Assembly: GCA_900088475.1 (NCBI GenBank)
Contig: FLMG01004571.1
Coordinates: 62,001 to 126,000, forward strand
Source of the DNA: Hyphochytrium catenoides
Taxonomy: Eukaryota; Protista; Hyphochytriomycota
DNA length: 64,000 nt
Reading direction: 5' to 3'
Positions 36,378-48,822 of this stretch are shown piece after piece. The stretch's first letter is position 1; every line of letters starts with the position of its first letter. Below the pieces are notes generated by a model. That model saw nothing but the letters and a program-made list of their open reading frames with translations, was not told where the DNA came from and made no database searches. Made by a program: the position numbers and the translations under genes.

Positions 36378-37922
36378 AATTGTACTCAGAGAAGACCTAT
36401 ATCACCCCTCACCGAGCTGCTCTATCTCCAAAATCCAAGTCTTCCTTTCTGTGAGGTCACTCTGGTCCCTATTCCTGCTGCTTTATCACAAAAACGAATG
36501 CTGCGGTGGCGGCGGCAACAACTGAAGGCCGGGCTATCGTTGTAACAATAATGCAAGGCGAGCAGCAGCTGCGTAAGACACGCAGAAGCCTGGCAAGCCA
36601 GGCTCGAAGATATAAGCAGCTTGGAACTCCTCGTCGCCGCGGACAGACTGAGGCGCGTCCATAGAAAAACTCTTGGAGCTGGAAGCCGAGAGAAAGTGAA
36701 GTTGAAGTCGAACTTCAGAAGAACAGATGAAGCATCTCTTCGCTAACCATCTTCATTCGTGATCCAAACAGGCAAAGGCCAGCTTATCCATGATAGGATG
36801 AGGAATAGTGGTGTATAAGCTGAATACTACTGCTGTAGCTCCTCCGCTTCTGTCCGACTTTTGGCATCACCATGCTCTTGTTGCTGCGGCGCTGTCCATG
36901 ATGATGAAGACTGCCCATGTTGATGAAGCTCAAAGTGACCAAGCCGATTCTCAATACAAGCGCTAAAAACTCCGCTCTTTTCCTCTTGAAGAGCTCTTCC
37001 ACTTGTTCCTTCACCCTTTGAATGCCAAGCAAGCCAAAGTCTCCCTTCGATCCACAGCTGTCGCGTCGCCGCTGCTGCCATCACACTCCTTCCCCGTCCT
37101 ACGCAACCGCTGGCGGGCATGTTAGGTGTCAAGCGTATTTATCTCTGGGCAGGTGCTAGGACGGACCTCTTTCTGATCGTGGTGTAAGTTAGCTAGCTCT
37201 CATTCCTCTCAGCGTTACATAAGAACAGGCGTGGCGAACTCTAGCCCTTCATGGCAACACATCTCTTCGCCGTCAAAGGTAGAGTTTTCTCTCTTCGAAG
37301 TAATAATGATAAGGGAGAAAAAATGGAAGACGAAGAAACACCTATCTGATAGTAGAAGTGAGGGACATAACCGACAAGGAGTCTTCGAGGCGAGCACTCA
37401 GCTCCTGCCTCAATCATCATCATAGAAGAATCATGAGAGAGATTCTTCTTAGCGAACTTAACAAATGTAAGAGGAAGCGAAGAGAAAGAAAGGAATCGAG
37501 TTTATTCTGATAAGGCAGCAGGGAAGTGAAAGAATTGAGGACGCAGACGGAGAAAAAAAGGACGAGACGGATACGACCAGGGCACAGTGCACGCCATGTA
37601 GAGAGATGAGGTGTACCAGGACCTTCGGAATCCTTCTAAAACAGCGGCTTCATCTGGGTTAAGGGACACTGATACAACCGAGAACAGATGATACCAGGAA
37701 ATGCCCAACAATGCTTATAAACCGAATCAAGACCTCCTCATGCTCTGCTGCAGGTTTCTCATGGAGTCTGCGCTCATTGACATGGGGATCGCCGTTCGTC
37801 TCTCTACAGATAAATATGCCGTTTCCCGCCTGCCTTTTGAAAAAATGGAGTAACCTCTCCAGTTGGGAATGAAGGCTATATGCCAAAGCACCACATGAGC
37901 CCGGAGGAGAGTCTGTGGCGGC

Positions 37923-38687
37923 CTACGCTACATCCTGCGCAGCAATTCTCGACAGAATGGCATCCACCGCATTAGTAGACAGCTCTATCTCAGAGAGCTT
38001 GTAATCCTTCTTGATAGCCTTAAGGTCGGCCAGTGGTAAAATCTATAGCAAAGAGCTGCTGTTAGCTCTGCGAAAAAATGCTGGTCCTGGACCCAGCTTA
38101 GCCTTTCAAGACTTAGCTCACCTTGGCTACTTGATCGACGTCTACGGGCTGTCCTTGCACGCGCTTCAGTATGTCCGCTTGCGTAGAACGTAGAGACTCC
38201 CCAGAGTCTAAGACTCGCACCACAAGTAGAGTGTCTGTCTGGTCACTGATTCCAAACCGCCGAAAGGCATCAGCAATGTGATGATAGGGTGATAGACAGA
38301 ACACTACTTCAGAATGTAGAGTGTTAGAGGACATGACGCCTAGCTTTTGCTTGAATAGTGCCCGCGTCACTGCTGCGCTGAGGTGCGAGACATGAAGCAC
38401 CTATATTGAGAAAGGAGCAGCGCAAGCGGAAAGTTAGTCTATTTACCCCTATCCGACGTCTTCCATCTCCAGGGCCTTTACCTTCTTCGCGTCAATGAGC
38501 GCATAGTCTGTTGATCTGCTGATCAAGTCCGCTCTCAGGTCCCTAGCATTATGGACGTCTTTGAATAACCAGACAAAGGCGTTCCTAAAGTTTAGCGCCT
38601 CGTAAGTGCACCAGCCGCAACAGAATGAAAGTAAGGTGTAGCTGTAACTCACACTTCGGGAAAAAGCTCCAAGGTAAGTCTTGACAT
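37923..38687 (-). CDS. TPRKB: EKC/KEOPS complex subunit CGI121/TPRKB, 4 exons
   Basis: LFKDVHNA..ALIDA, TLHSEVVFCLSP..IADAFRRFGIS, DLKAIKKDYKLSE..AILSRIAAQDV. Confidence 0.9.
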
Positions 38688-39846
38688 TTGTTGGTCCTTC
38701 TTAGACACAGCTTCCTCACTGCCGCCGTATACAGACGCAGTGTGCTTGCTGCTCTTCCCTCAACACTGATCTGAGTATCCCAGCTATGAATTCGTCACGG
38801 CTCTCATCCAAGCTACGATGCTGCTTGTGAGACGGAAAATTGTCTGAGAGGCGCGCCAGATCTCATCGCGAGCTGTGAAGCTTTGAAAGCTCTGAAATCC
38901 ATGGGCAACTGCGGAATTATCGCGACATTTCAAGGAGAGTCATGCCGCAAACACGAAAGCGTACCTTGAAAACAATGGAGCTTATATTGTGGTGTAAAGA
39001 GGAACCCCAATAATGCGCAAATTACCGGGTTTATCAGGGTGACCTTTACATCCGCCGCTGGTGGTTCAGTGAGAAGGGCTCGCCCGCGGTTTAGACCTAT
39101 AGATATTCCGCACCGTATGTTACTTGCAGTTTCGGGAGGGGTGGAGGAGATTCTCTTTCTCATGCTTCCTCTCTTCTTCCGCACCCTCTGTCTGCCGTTC
39201 TCTCCTTTCTTCCCTGATTATCCCTATAGCTATGTTGAATCCCACCCCATCTCTCTCTCACTCTGTCTGATCCAACCTTGCCCACTGTCTCTCACTCCGT
39301 TCTTCCCTCATGTCTGCCTGACCTCTGTCACGCTCCTCTGTCTCCTTCCACAGACCAAAAAGCTCTGATGATACACGCAACAATCAATCAACATCGCCTT
39401 TCTTGCCTCGAACTGCACTCAGAAAATCCTCTTCAACTTGGTGATTGCGGACTAAAGAGAGACAGAGAGACACAATCGGACGACAGCTAGGAGGACAAAG
39501 GGCTGCTCTCAGAGAAAGAAGAGACAATAAGAAGCCAGACAGAAGTTAGGACTGGGCTCAGGACTATCACATAGCACTGCGGACGTCAAGCGGGGGATCT
39601 CATCTGTGAGACTAGTGTCAAACAACAGGCAGTTGGGGTTTGCCCAGGCCCACCGCACTTACCGAAGAGAAGCACGACCGGATGGTTCTTTTCGTCCTCT
39701 AAAGGATTGCACCTTAGCTAGGGCATTGCATGGCTTTCTCCTTGCGAGGAGGATGAAAAAGTCTCTCTCTCGCTTCTAAGTCTTTGTACCGTTCTCTCCC
39801 TGCCACTCTCACTTGCTTCTCAGAGTCCCACTCATCGGCGGAAGAC

Positions 39847-40672
39847 ATGGGCTTGAACTGCTCCTGCCCTACTCCGTACAGCTATCCACATAGGGGCTTG
39901 GAAGATGGGACCACTGAGTATCACTCGGCTATATTTAGGGAGAATGTCCAGGCTTCTTCCACCCTCTCTCCCGCTACATCCCTCACCTCCAGCAGAAGTA
40001 GTGAGGGGACTACAAAGAGCAAGTCCACAAGTCCCTTGATAACAGCTACTGCCAAGGGACAGGGAGGAGAGAGAGAAAAAGACAGAGATAAGAAGAGCTC
40101 TTCTGGAGCATCAGCGACGGTTCCTTCAACCGAAGCTCGAGTGATTAGCCTTACTGAGTCGTTGGTAAGTTACAGCAGCTTATCCACAGAAGGAGAGAGA
40201 TGAAGAGAGAGATTGTTTCCGCTGGAAAGAGAAGAGAACAAGAAAGAAGAGAAGTGATGAGACACTAAACTCCTTTTTTCACAGCCCCCAATTAGCAGTC
40301 AGGACGAACCCGAGTGTGTCATGTGCTTGGACACTTTTGATGCGGTACGACACTCTTCCAGTGAAGCACTTACGTCGGAGCTTGGTTCTTAGGCTATCTA
40401 TAGAGTTTCGTGATCTGGGTCACTCTTCTCTATTGTGGTGTCTTCTGCAATCTTTCTCGATTAGGCTGGCTCTCTCTGCCTCATCAAAAAGCAAACCAAC
40501 ATCTGACGTGTCCAAATTCTTTCCTCCACAGGAGAACCCAGTGGTTCCCACTCTCTGTTCATGCGGTGTCAATCGCGCGCTCTTCCATCTCAGCTGCCTA
40601 TACGAATGGCTGCAGTATAGCCCCAACTGCCCAGTCTGCAGACAAGTTCTATTTTTTGAAGAGGTGAACTAG
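39847..40672 (+). CDS. RING-variant (C4HC3) zinc-finger protein, putative E3 ligase, N-terminal MGxxCSC; exons 39847-40164, 40285-40344, 40532-40672 (172 aa)
   Basis: Spliced sequence CVMCLDTFDAENPVVPTLCSCGVNRALFHLSCLYEWLQYSPNCPVC; all junctions are phase 0. Confidence 0.82.
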
Positions 40673-41390
40673 GGCACACATCGCAGACAGCGTCAAGATC
40701 TGAGTAAGAGCTATTCTTTGACAGTGCCGATTGGAGAGCGGCAGAAGTCATGATACGCCCTACTGAGAAAGCGGAAGAAAGTCGCTCAGAAAGATCCAGT
40801 GTTTATTTATTCTGCTTGCAGGCAGTTGGTCTTAGGAACGTGCATGGAAGAGGAAGAAAGTGAGTCTTAGTGCTGGGATGGCAGAGAGAAAGTACAATTA
40901 GGGTCATGACTAAGAAAAGAACAAAACCAAGGGCTCCGGATTGCAAGACACAGACAAGAAGAAGGAAGAAGAGAATAGGAAAATTTCAGCAGAACTATGT
41001 TTTGCTTACCCTGTCTCACGGCTACAGATGAGGCAAGGGTGTGTACCAATATACTCGTTAAGATAAGCTGGATGCTCGTACTGTTCGAAGCAAGATCTAT
41101 CTTGCAACAGGCACATGTCAAAAGAGACAAGGACTAGAGGAAACGCAAGGAATCCTTAAGGCGAAGAGAGAGAGAGAAACGAGAAAAAGCTCATACAGCT
41201 CCTCTCCAAGCTCAAACTCAAGCTAATACTTATTTCAGGATATAAGGAATCGATCTATTACATCGTTAAGAGACTAGCGGCGGAGGTACAAGGAGAGAGA
41301 ACGTGAAGGCGGGTTTACGCACCAAGAGAACTGAGATAAAGAGGGAGAGTTCCAGTAAAAGGAGTCATGGGAAAGCGAGGAGAAGGAGGA

Positions 41391-42270
41391 TCACGAGCTA
41401 GAGGGCGGTGGTGCCTGTTGGTCATAAGAGGTTCCTGGCTTCTGAGGGTTGTTCTTTAGAAGAAAGGTCCCCAGCCACTCTATCGGGTTTGGAGGCCGCT
41501 CCTTCACCAGTTGAGACATGCCCTGGAGTGAACGTAAGGAAAGACGAACAGTCAGGAAGGAGAAATCACTAGGGTCAGCGATAGCCTGACTCGCCGATGA
41601 CATCGCAGGTGGCCGTCTAAACAGAGGCCTCAAAGAGAAGGAGAAGTTACCTGTAGCAGTAGGGGGACAACGGTCTGATCAAGGTACGCTCTGATAGGAA
41701 GCTGGTGGACGTTCACCTTCTCCTGGACAATAGAAGCAGCTTTTTTCGCCTGCTCCACCTTCAGTATTCACAGCAATATGAAGAAAGGAATAGATGTAGC
41801 TTGTAAGAGTAGATGACATGATGGCGTTTGGCAAGCAGGCTTTCTTCCAAGCGTACTCAATGGGCTTGCATGAGTAGATAAGATAAGTAATAGAGCGACA
41901 GCCAGGAGTAGATTAGAAAGTAAGCGAAAGAGAAAAACTTATGAGGGGCAAACTGAATCTAAGACAAAAGAAAGCGATCAACAGAAAGGAGAGCAGCAAG
42001 GAAGAGACACGTATGAAGATGAAGGCTACTTGGTCGACCAAATGGCATACGGCGGTAAGGTAAGAGAAGCTACAATGACGCAAAGAGAAAACGACAAGGC
42101 ATAATGGAAACATTATCATCCAGAGAGATGGAGGAGATCCGACGAGGAGGTGGCGTCACCTCCTTAGCTTCTTCCTGGGCCTTAGTATCCTCTGCCTACA
42201 AAGAAAGTGGTTAGGAAGTGGTATAGAACACTGCAATGGCGGCACTTACCGCTTTCTTCTCTATTAACAT
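41391..42270 (-). CDS. DPY30: DPY-30 motif protein (COMPASS subunit DPY30-like), 4 short exons; first exon less certain
   Basis: [42 protein letters not shown]. Confidence 0.88.
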
Positions 42271-43567
42271 TTCAATCCACCAAAACGGCAAATAACGGCG
42301 GCAGGGTGGTTCGAGGGGAGAGTGTCAAAAGGAAGGAGAGGCGAGGGACGCAACGGAGTATGAGAAGACGTGATGAGGCTTGAACAAGAGCGACTGCTAT
42401 CTTAGTGAACGGATTTAGCCATGCGGAGTCGTCACTCTCTGCGAGGCTCTAACGCAATCAGTCTTTCCCTCTCTTCCCATAATGACTCCTTTCCTCCCGC
42501 AGTAGCTTCTGACTACTATCGACATAGAACGGCGACGATTAGGTGAAGACTGAAGAATTCTTACCTGCCTCACTCATACTTTCTCTATGACGTTGCACAA
42601 TCGCTAATGGATGACTGTGGGAGCTTCTATGCTATGGTTGGCAACCCTGAGGAAACGGAGGTCCTGGGTAGGCGATGTGCCGCAGGAGAGCAAGAATTGT
42701 CGTGTGCCGCTGCAGGCCGAGCTGATGAGAGCTGCGAGCTGCTTGCGACAGAGCTCTGATGTTCCGTGGATCGAGGACGAGGAAGAGCTTTTCGAAAATG
42801 GGGCGACAGAGTTGATGGCAGTCCGTTATTCCAAATGCCCTGCCACTTCCCAGCTGTTATTACGGAATAGCGTGACATCCTTATACAGAAGGTCCCACTA
42901 AAGACAGACAGGCCTTTCTCACACTAGTTCCTAGTTCCTACATGTGTGTGATCGTGTGTGTATGTTTGTCTGTCCCCTTTTTCCTCTCTTGGTTGATGTC
43001 TGTCACCCTCGATGAAGTCCTTCCATCTCCCTTCTTCATTGCCTTCATCATGGCCTCTTGCCTCTCTCCTCTTGCATTCTCTCGTCATGCCATGCACCTG
43101 AGTGAGGGTCATCAGAGTAGTGAGGTGCGCTTCTTGGCTTGTGAGCCTGTGAGGCACACGGAAGTTGAAGAAAGGACTTCCCGGCTCAACCGCAGCGATG
43201 CTTCTGCATTAATTGCACTCATTCGAGGCAATAAGATTACTCTTTATTAGCAGGTGATGTGGGCTTGAGACTCCAGACAAGCGCATTGATATGGCAGATT
43301 TCTAGGCCGGGACTTCCAACCAGACGTGTGAGAAAAGTGCACATCTCTTCTCTTCACAGTGCTACGGAGAACCACTCGAGAGGGGTAGATATGAGCACAA
43401 GCCTGTAGAACACACTTTCTTAACGCGCATGCATAAACTCCGTAGGGTCCTGAAACATAAATGCAAAGAATGAGCACAGCCCCAGATACGTTGGGTCTGC
43501 AACCTAGTCTTTATATCTCAGCCAATTGACTTCTTTGCGTCTTTCCCGCTGTGACCTTCATACCCAC

Positions 43568-46500
43568 CTAAAGCCTTGCTCCTCCCGCTATCAGACTGTC
43601 ATAGGCCTTCAAATCAAAGGGTTCATACTGCTTGGAGTTGGAATTAAACCACCAGAGAGGATCCTTCACGACCTGAGGATTGTAGCCGTCGTCTCGGAGA
43701 CGGTTCTTTTGGTGCTATAGAGAGACGAAGAGATTGTGAGACCGTACGCCAAAGCTGGCAAAGAGAGGAAAAGCTGAGCAATTGACGAGACGTGGCTGAA
43801 GAAAGAAAGGAGGATAAATAGTGGATCGGCAAGAAGGGAGAGCGAGACAAGTCCTTCCTTTCGATGATATACAAGGACTCTGATATTACCTTGAAGGTGC
43901 CCGTGACGTCCATCTCCTTCAAGAATCTGACGAAGAGGGGCACGCTATAAGATGGCAAGTGCTCCTGCACGTATTTGCTACAAATCCAGGAGTTAGAAGG
44001 AAAAGTTAAGGCGGAAAGTTAGTTCATTGAGGATTGCTTGCGCTTGCACGGGGAAGGGATGCCTTACGAGAATTCGACAGGATCAATCTCTCCGTTAGTG
44101 ACCAAGCCAACCATGCAGGCTCGGCCATCTGCACCCGGAATCTGTATGCCATAGACATTTGCTTCTACCACGTTCTTGAAAGAACTGACGATCTGACAAG
44201 AGCAAAAAACATGGTCAAGGTCCAGAGGTAAAAGGGCCAAAATGAGCAGGTTGCCTAAGAGCTAAGAGGTAGATTGACTGGACGGTGCCATAGATGGTAA
44301 GAGATGAATGGCAATAGTTGACAGACGTATTTCTGACACATAAGAGAAGAAAAGATAACCTCGAAAGGACGGCGAGATCTTGCTAATGTCCTGTCCTCAT
44401 ACCTCTGAGACTTCCATGGTGCTGACATTCTCACCCTTCCATCTGAAGGTATCCCCAATGCGGTCCACGAAGTAGAAATAGTTCTGAGAGTCATAGCGCA
44501 ACAGATCGCCGGTCCGAAAGTATTTGTCTCCTAGAAACGTCAAGAACGAGGAGCATGCATGAGATCTCGACAAGACAGACTTGGGCGTCTTGTCGTAGTA
44601 CCCTCTCTTAACATAGCGCCGGTCGCCTTCGATGTGATGCATGATACGCAGAGAACGAGGCCACGAGCAAGCGAGAGAAAAGGAAGCCCCATAGACTCAG
44701 AATCGCTACACGCTACCTTTCGCAAAGACGTCATGCATGATCTTCTTCTTAGTGGCCGCCGGGTCGGAATACCCCTTGAACTGTCTGACCACATCGTCCT
44801 TGATCTCGCTGAGAAGCTCCCCCACCTCTCCAGGTCCACATTCAATGCTGGATAGTAGAAAAAGTGAAAGCTGTTATATTGCAGCAGAACGGAATCCCCC
44901 ATAGAGTTGCAGAGAATGACAGCGGAAGACGTCGATGCGGCGAATGACAAACGCTTGGAAGAACTCACCAAAAACCTTCCGCATTGCGCAATGGCTCCTC
45001 ATTTTCAACATCAAACTTCACGATGCGCACCCCTTGGATCTTCTTTGCAAGTGTGCTGCATAAGCAACCGCACAGTTAGGAGCCAAGCAGATTGCGATGC
45101 AGCACTAGTAGATGGTAAAGCGAAGAGACACTACTGCTCCATAACACTGCGAAGATAAACCAACCCAAGAAATGACCAAATAAGACTACTCCGGAGGAGA
45201 AGACTATCGTGGTCTGGAAAACGCTTACCCTAGGCGGCCAACAGCTCCTTGGCCTACATGGTTTTTGCAATGATTCAACAGTGCCACATTGCCCTAATCA
45301 CGACGTTGGAGGAGATAGAAAAGAGGCAATTAATTGTTTAGGTCGAGGAAAGAAGAAGAACAAAGCAGAAGGGACGATGGGATCGGATGTTTCACTCTAT
45401 CTTAAGGTGCTGCTTCAGTCATCTGTTCTGTTAATTTACCTCAGTTGCCCCATAAAATTCTCCTACTTCCGGAATATTAAAGCGCCTTTGGAACTTGTCC
45501 CACACCTCCGGACGCATACCGTTGCCTACCATCAGAATGCAAAAGTGAAAAAGTTGAACAGGGTGTTTGGCAAAAAGCTTGAGAGAGGCCCAGATGTCCC
45601 ACACATATGGCTGTAATTGACTGAGCAACATAGGAATAGATAGGCCAAACCTTTGCACTGTCTATATCAACTTATCTTGGCTTACTCACCAATCGCTAGG
45701 CGGACTTTATGATCTTGGTCCAAGGGAGAAGGAGCTTGAGCTACGAGATAGCGGCAAAGCTCGCCAATATATTGGATAACGGTCACTTTATACCGCTTGC
45801 AGTCTTGCCAGAACTCCCTTACGGAGAACTTTCTCTTGATCACTATGGAGGAGCCTCCACTGAGCATCTGCCCCACGCCAATGCCTCCTCCAGCGGTATG
45901 ATACAGAGGAAGAGCGATGTAGATGCGGTCCTACACGAGAAGAGGTAAGTACGGAGGTGCTAGCTACCATGCAAGCCAAGCACTGATGCCAGAGGATAAT
46001 AGAAAGGAGCAAATTGCTTTCAAACGACAGAAAGATATTTAAGGGGAAACCTTACCTCCGGTGTGACCTTGAAGCCATACTTGAAAACCAACCCGTACCC
46101 CATAAACTTGGCGTGCGCCACCACGCAAGCCTTAGGTAGGCCGGTTGTACCACTGCTATAGATGTAACCAAATGTGTCCTGCATCCCTATACCGGCGCGA
46201 TATCCCCTAGGGGATGAAGCAGGTCGTCCGTTAGAGCATAATATGAAGAGAAGTGGCAACGAGGATAACTAGGGATGATCTTGCATCAAGATGTTGAACG
46301 GATATCCTAAACCACGGGCAGAGCTATTGACGGCAAACATACTCCACCGTAGCGCCTTGAGTTCCGTAGGAAAGGATAGAAAGACAACCAGAGCCCTAAC
46401 AAAGTATGAGAACTTCTTACTTATCCACCGGTCTGTCCGGGAAGGACGGCAACGCGGCGTCTAGGCTTTCGGCGTAGGAGGGACTCTCTCCTGGACCATA

Positions 46501-47700
46501 GGCAACCAGTCTCACCCCTTGAGAGGCAAACTCATCCGCCACATCCCCGACGGCTTCCGCAACTTCCGTTCCAAATATCATGACCTTTGCACTGGCCGCA
46601 GCAACGCAGTGGAGGAGGGGCTTCTTTTTGACGTTGTAGTTGATAAGAGCAACCACGACGCCAATCTGGTATATTTTCGAATGAAGGTGTGCGGAAAAAA
46701 TGCAAGGTGCGCGAATGTGTGGGTTTTTGGCGTGCATGGAAAACGGGCAGAAGATAAAGTGGATAATAATTGAATGCTGAAAGCAGGAATATCTGGAGAC
46801 GACACCAAAACAAAGGCTTGAGATTGGTGGGAGAGCAAAGCGGCAAGAGAACAGCTCACGAAGCCACACCTCAGAGCGACCAAAACATCCCCAGAGACCG
46901 TACAAGCGTAAAAAAACATTTCAGCCGACAGGAAGCCAGTGAGGGCATCGAGAGGGGCCTTCCATTCTTCCAGGAGAGTAAATGTAGAGGAGGACATAGA
47001 GATAGAAATCGCCCATTCATAGTCCCTTACCTTCGTAAGGCCTAGCCAAGTGGGAACATACTCCGCTCTGTTCTCCATGTTCAGGGCGACCACATCTCCT
47101 TTCTTCAGTCCTTTGCTAAGTGCCCAATGAGAGATGCGGTTCGAGAGCTTCTCGATGTCCAGATAGGTCATGACGGTGTCTAGAAAGGACCGCAAATCAA
47201 GTTAGCAAAAGGAAGCGTAGTTCAGAGAGAAGGAAAGTCCATATTGATCTTTCCAGCCCTACTACCTTCAAAGTAGATTGCCTTCTTGTGCTTGTACTTG
47301 GCGAAGGTCTCATACCATTGATCGGTCACCTGATAGCCGCCAGGAAGCCTCGCTCTCGCCTCCATCAGCTGAAAGTAAGGTGATAAGGGAGGGTTCTCTT
47401 CAGAAGGCCTGGAGGTCAAGTCCGGCGAGCGTTGGTGTTGCTTACCTTCTTCAGGGGTCCCATCCTTGCAGCAAGGCTGAGATCGTGGACAATGGCGTGC
47501 TTGTTATCCAGGTATGTCCCTACTACGATGCCGCCTGCCGTTGCCACTGCCGCCTTTTGCCATGTATTAAGACCCTACGGAGGTGATTGAGGGGTTCAGC
47601 GTATCGTTCCGCTGCAGGGAGTAATCCCCATGCACTCTAAAGTCCAGCCAGCAACATGATAGCAGCAAAGTAGGAAAGACGGTTCTAGGCGCCATACCAT
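43568..47700 (-). CDS. Fatty acid transport protein / very-long-chain acyl-CoA synthetase (SLC27/FAT1 family), multi-exon
   Basis: [81 protein letters not shown]-terminus ends -ARL*. Confidence 0.92.
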
Positions 47701-48264
47701 CAGCCCTGCTCCCAGTCACTGCCGCTCTCCTCTGTCAGGAGAGGACGTAGGCTTGTCTCTAAGAAGACTGTCCAGCTGCCGTGGGTCTGCTCTTCGCCTT
47801 TCAGCTTTGAAAGTGGAGTTCGACGCTGCCAGATCTTGATTGCGGGTAGGTCTCGGAGCAGTTCCTTAGATTCANNNNNNNNNNNNNNNNNNNNNNNNNN
47901 NNNACTTCCACTTGCTGCAGCTTTTTGAGAGCAGAAAAGGAAGTTCAACCACGAAGCTTCAGCAATGAATCTTTCACAGGATTAGAAACCTTCAATATTG
48001 CTTCCATTCCTTTGGGGCAACCCATTCTCGCTTGAAACCTTGACGACGGAAAGCTCTGTGAAAGAAACCTTCGTCACACGTCGGCATTGTCCATCGATGC
48101 AAGCGTGAGACCACGTTATTTTCAATGAGGAGAGCCTCATTCGGGATCCGAATGATGCGGACCGAACCCAGTAACGGACCGCCCCAGCCGCAGGAGGACA
48201 AGAAAGATCATGAACCACCAGGCGCGAGGAGGAGCTGATGATGATGGCAGGGAGGAGAGACAAC

Positions 48265-48350
48265 CGAGAGAGAGAAAGAGAGAAAGAGAGAAGAAGAGAG
48301 AGAGAGAGAGAGCAGAGGGGGAGAGAGAGAGAGAGAGAGAGAGAGAAACA
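48265..48350. repeat. (GA)n microsatellite in the divergent FATP/FAM184 intergenic region
   Basis: Directly visible. Confidence 0.95.
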
Positions 48351-48822
48351 TTTAGGGGCGTAGGAGGCACAGAAGGGAGGAAAGAAGAGACAGGACAGGC
48401 AGGGAGCAAGGGTAAGAGACATAAAATGAAAGGGTAGCAGCGAAGTGAGGAGAGAGAGTGAAGATTGTAGGGGACTGATGAAAGCGAAGGAAGTGAAAGA
48501 GGGAGGAGGCCAGCGAGTTCCGTATGCCGCCCGCTATTCTTGTCCATCCTCTTCAGATGGAGTGCGTATCGTCTAATATGCACAGATGGCAGGTCTAGAG
48601 CTGGAAGAATTATGCTTGCTTGAGAAGCACTCCTTCTCTGCAGACCTGGAGCTAGTTCACGTTTGGATTGACAAACATGAAGGCTTGAGAAGCGAAAGAT
48701 TTAAACTGCATCGACTAGTAGCAGGACACTGTGGGAGAACGGGAACTGGAAAGCGGCAATAAACGGAAAAAGAAGAGATATCGAGGTGGCTGCGGAAGAA
48801 AGAAAAATTTAAAGAGAGCGCC

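Noticed and set aside
42611-42901. 96-aa ORF between DPY30 and FATP
   Set aside because: No recognisable motif or splice support.
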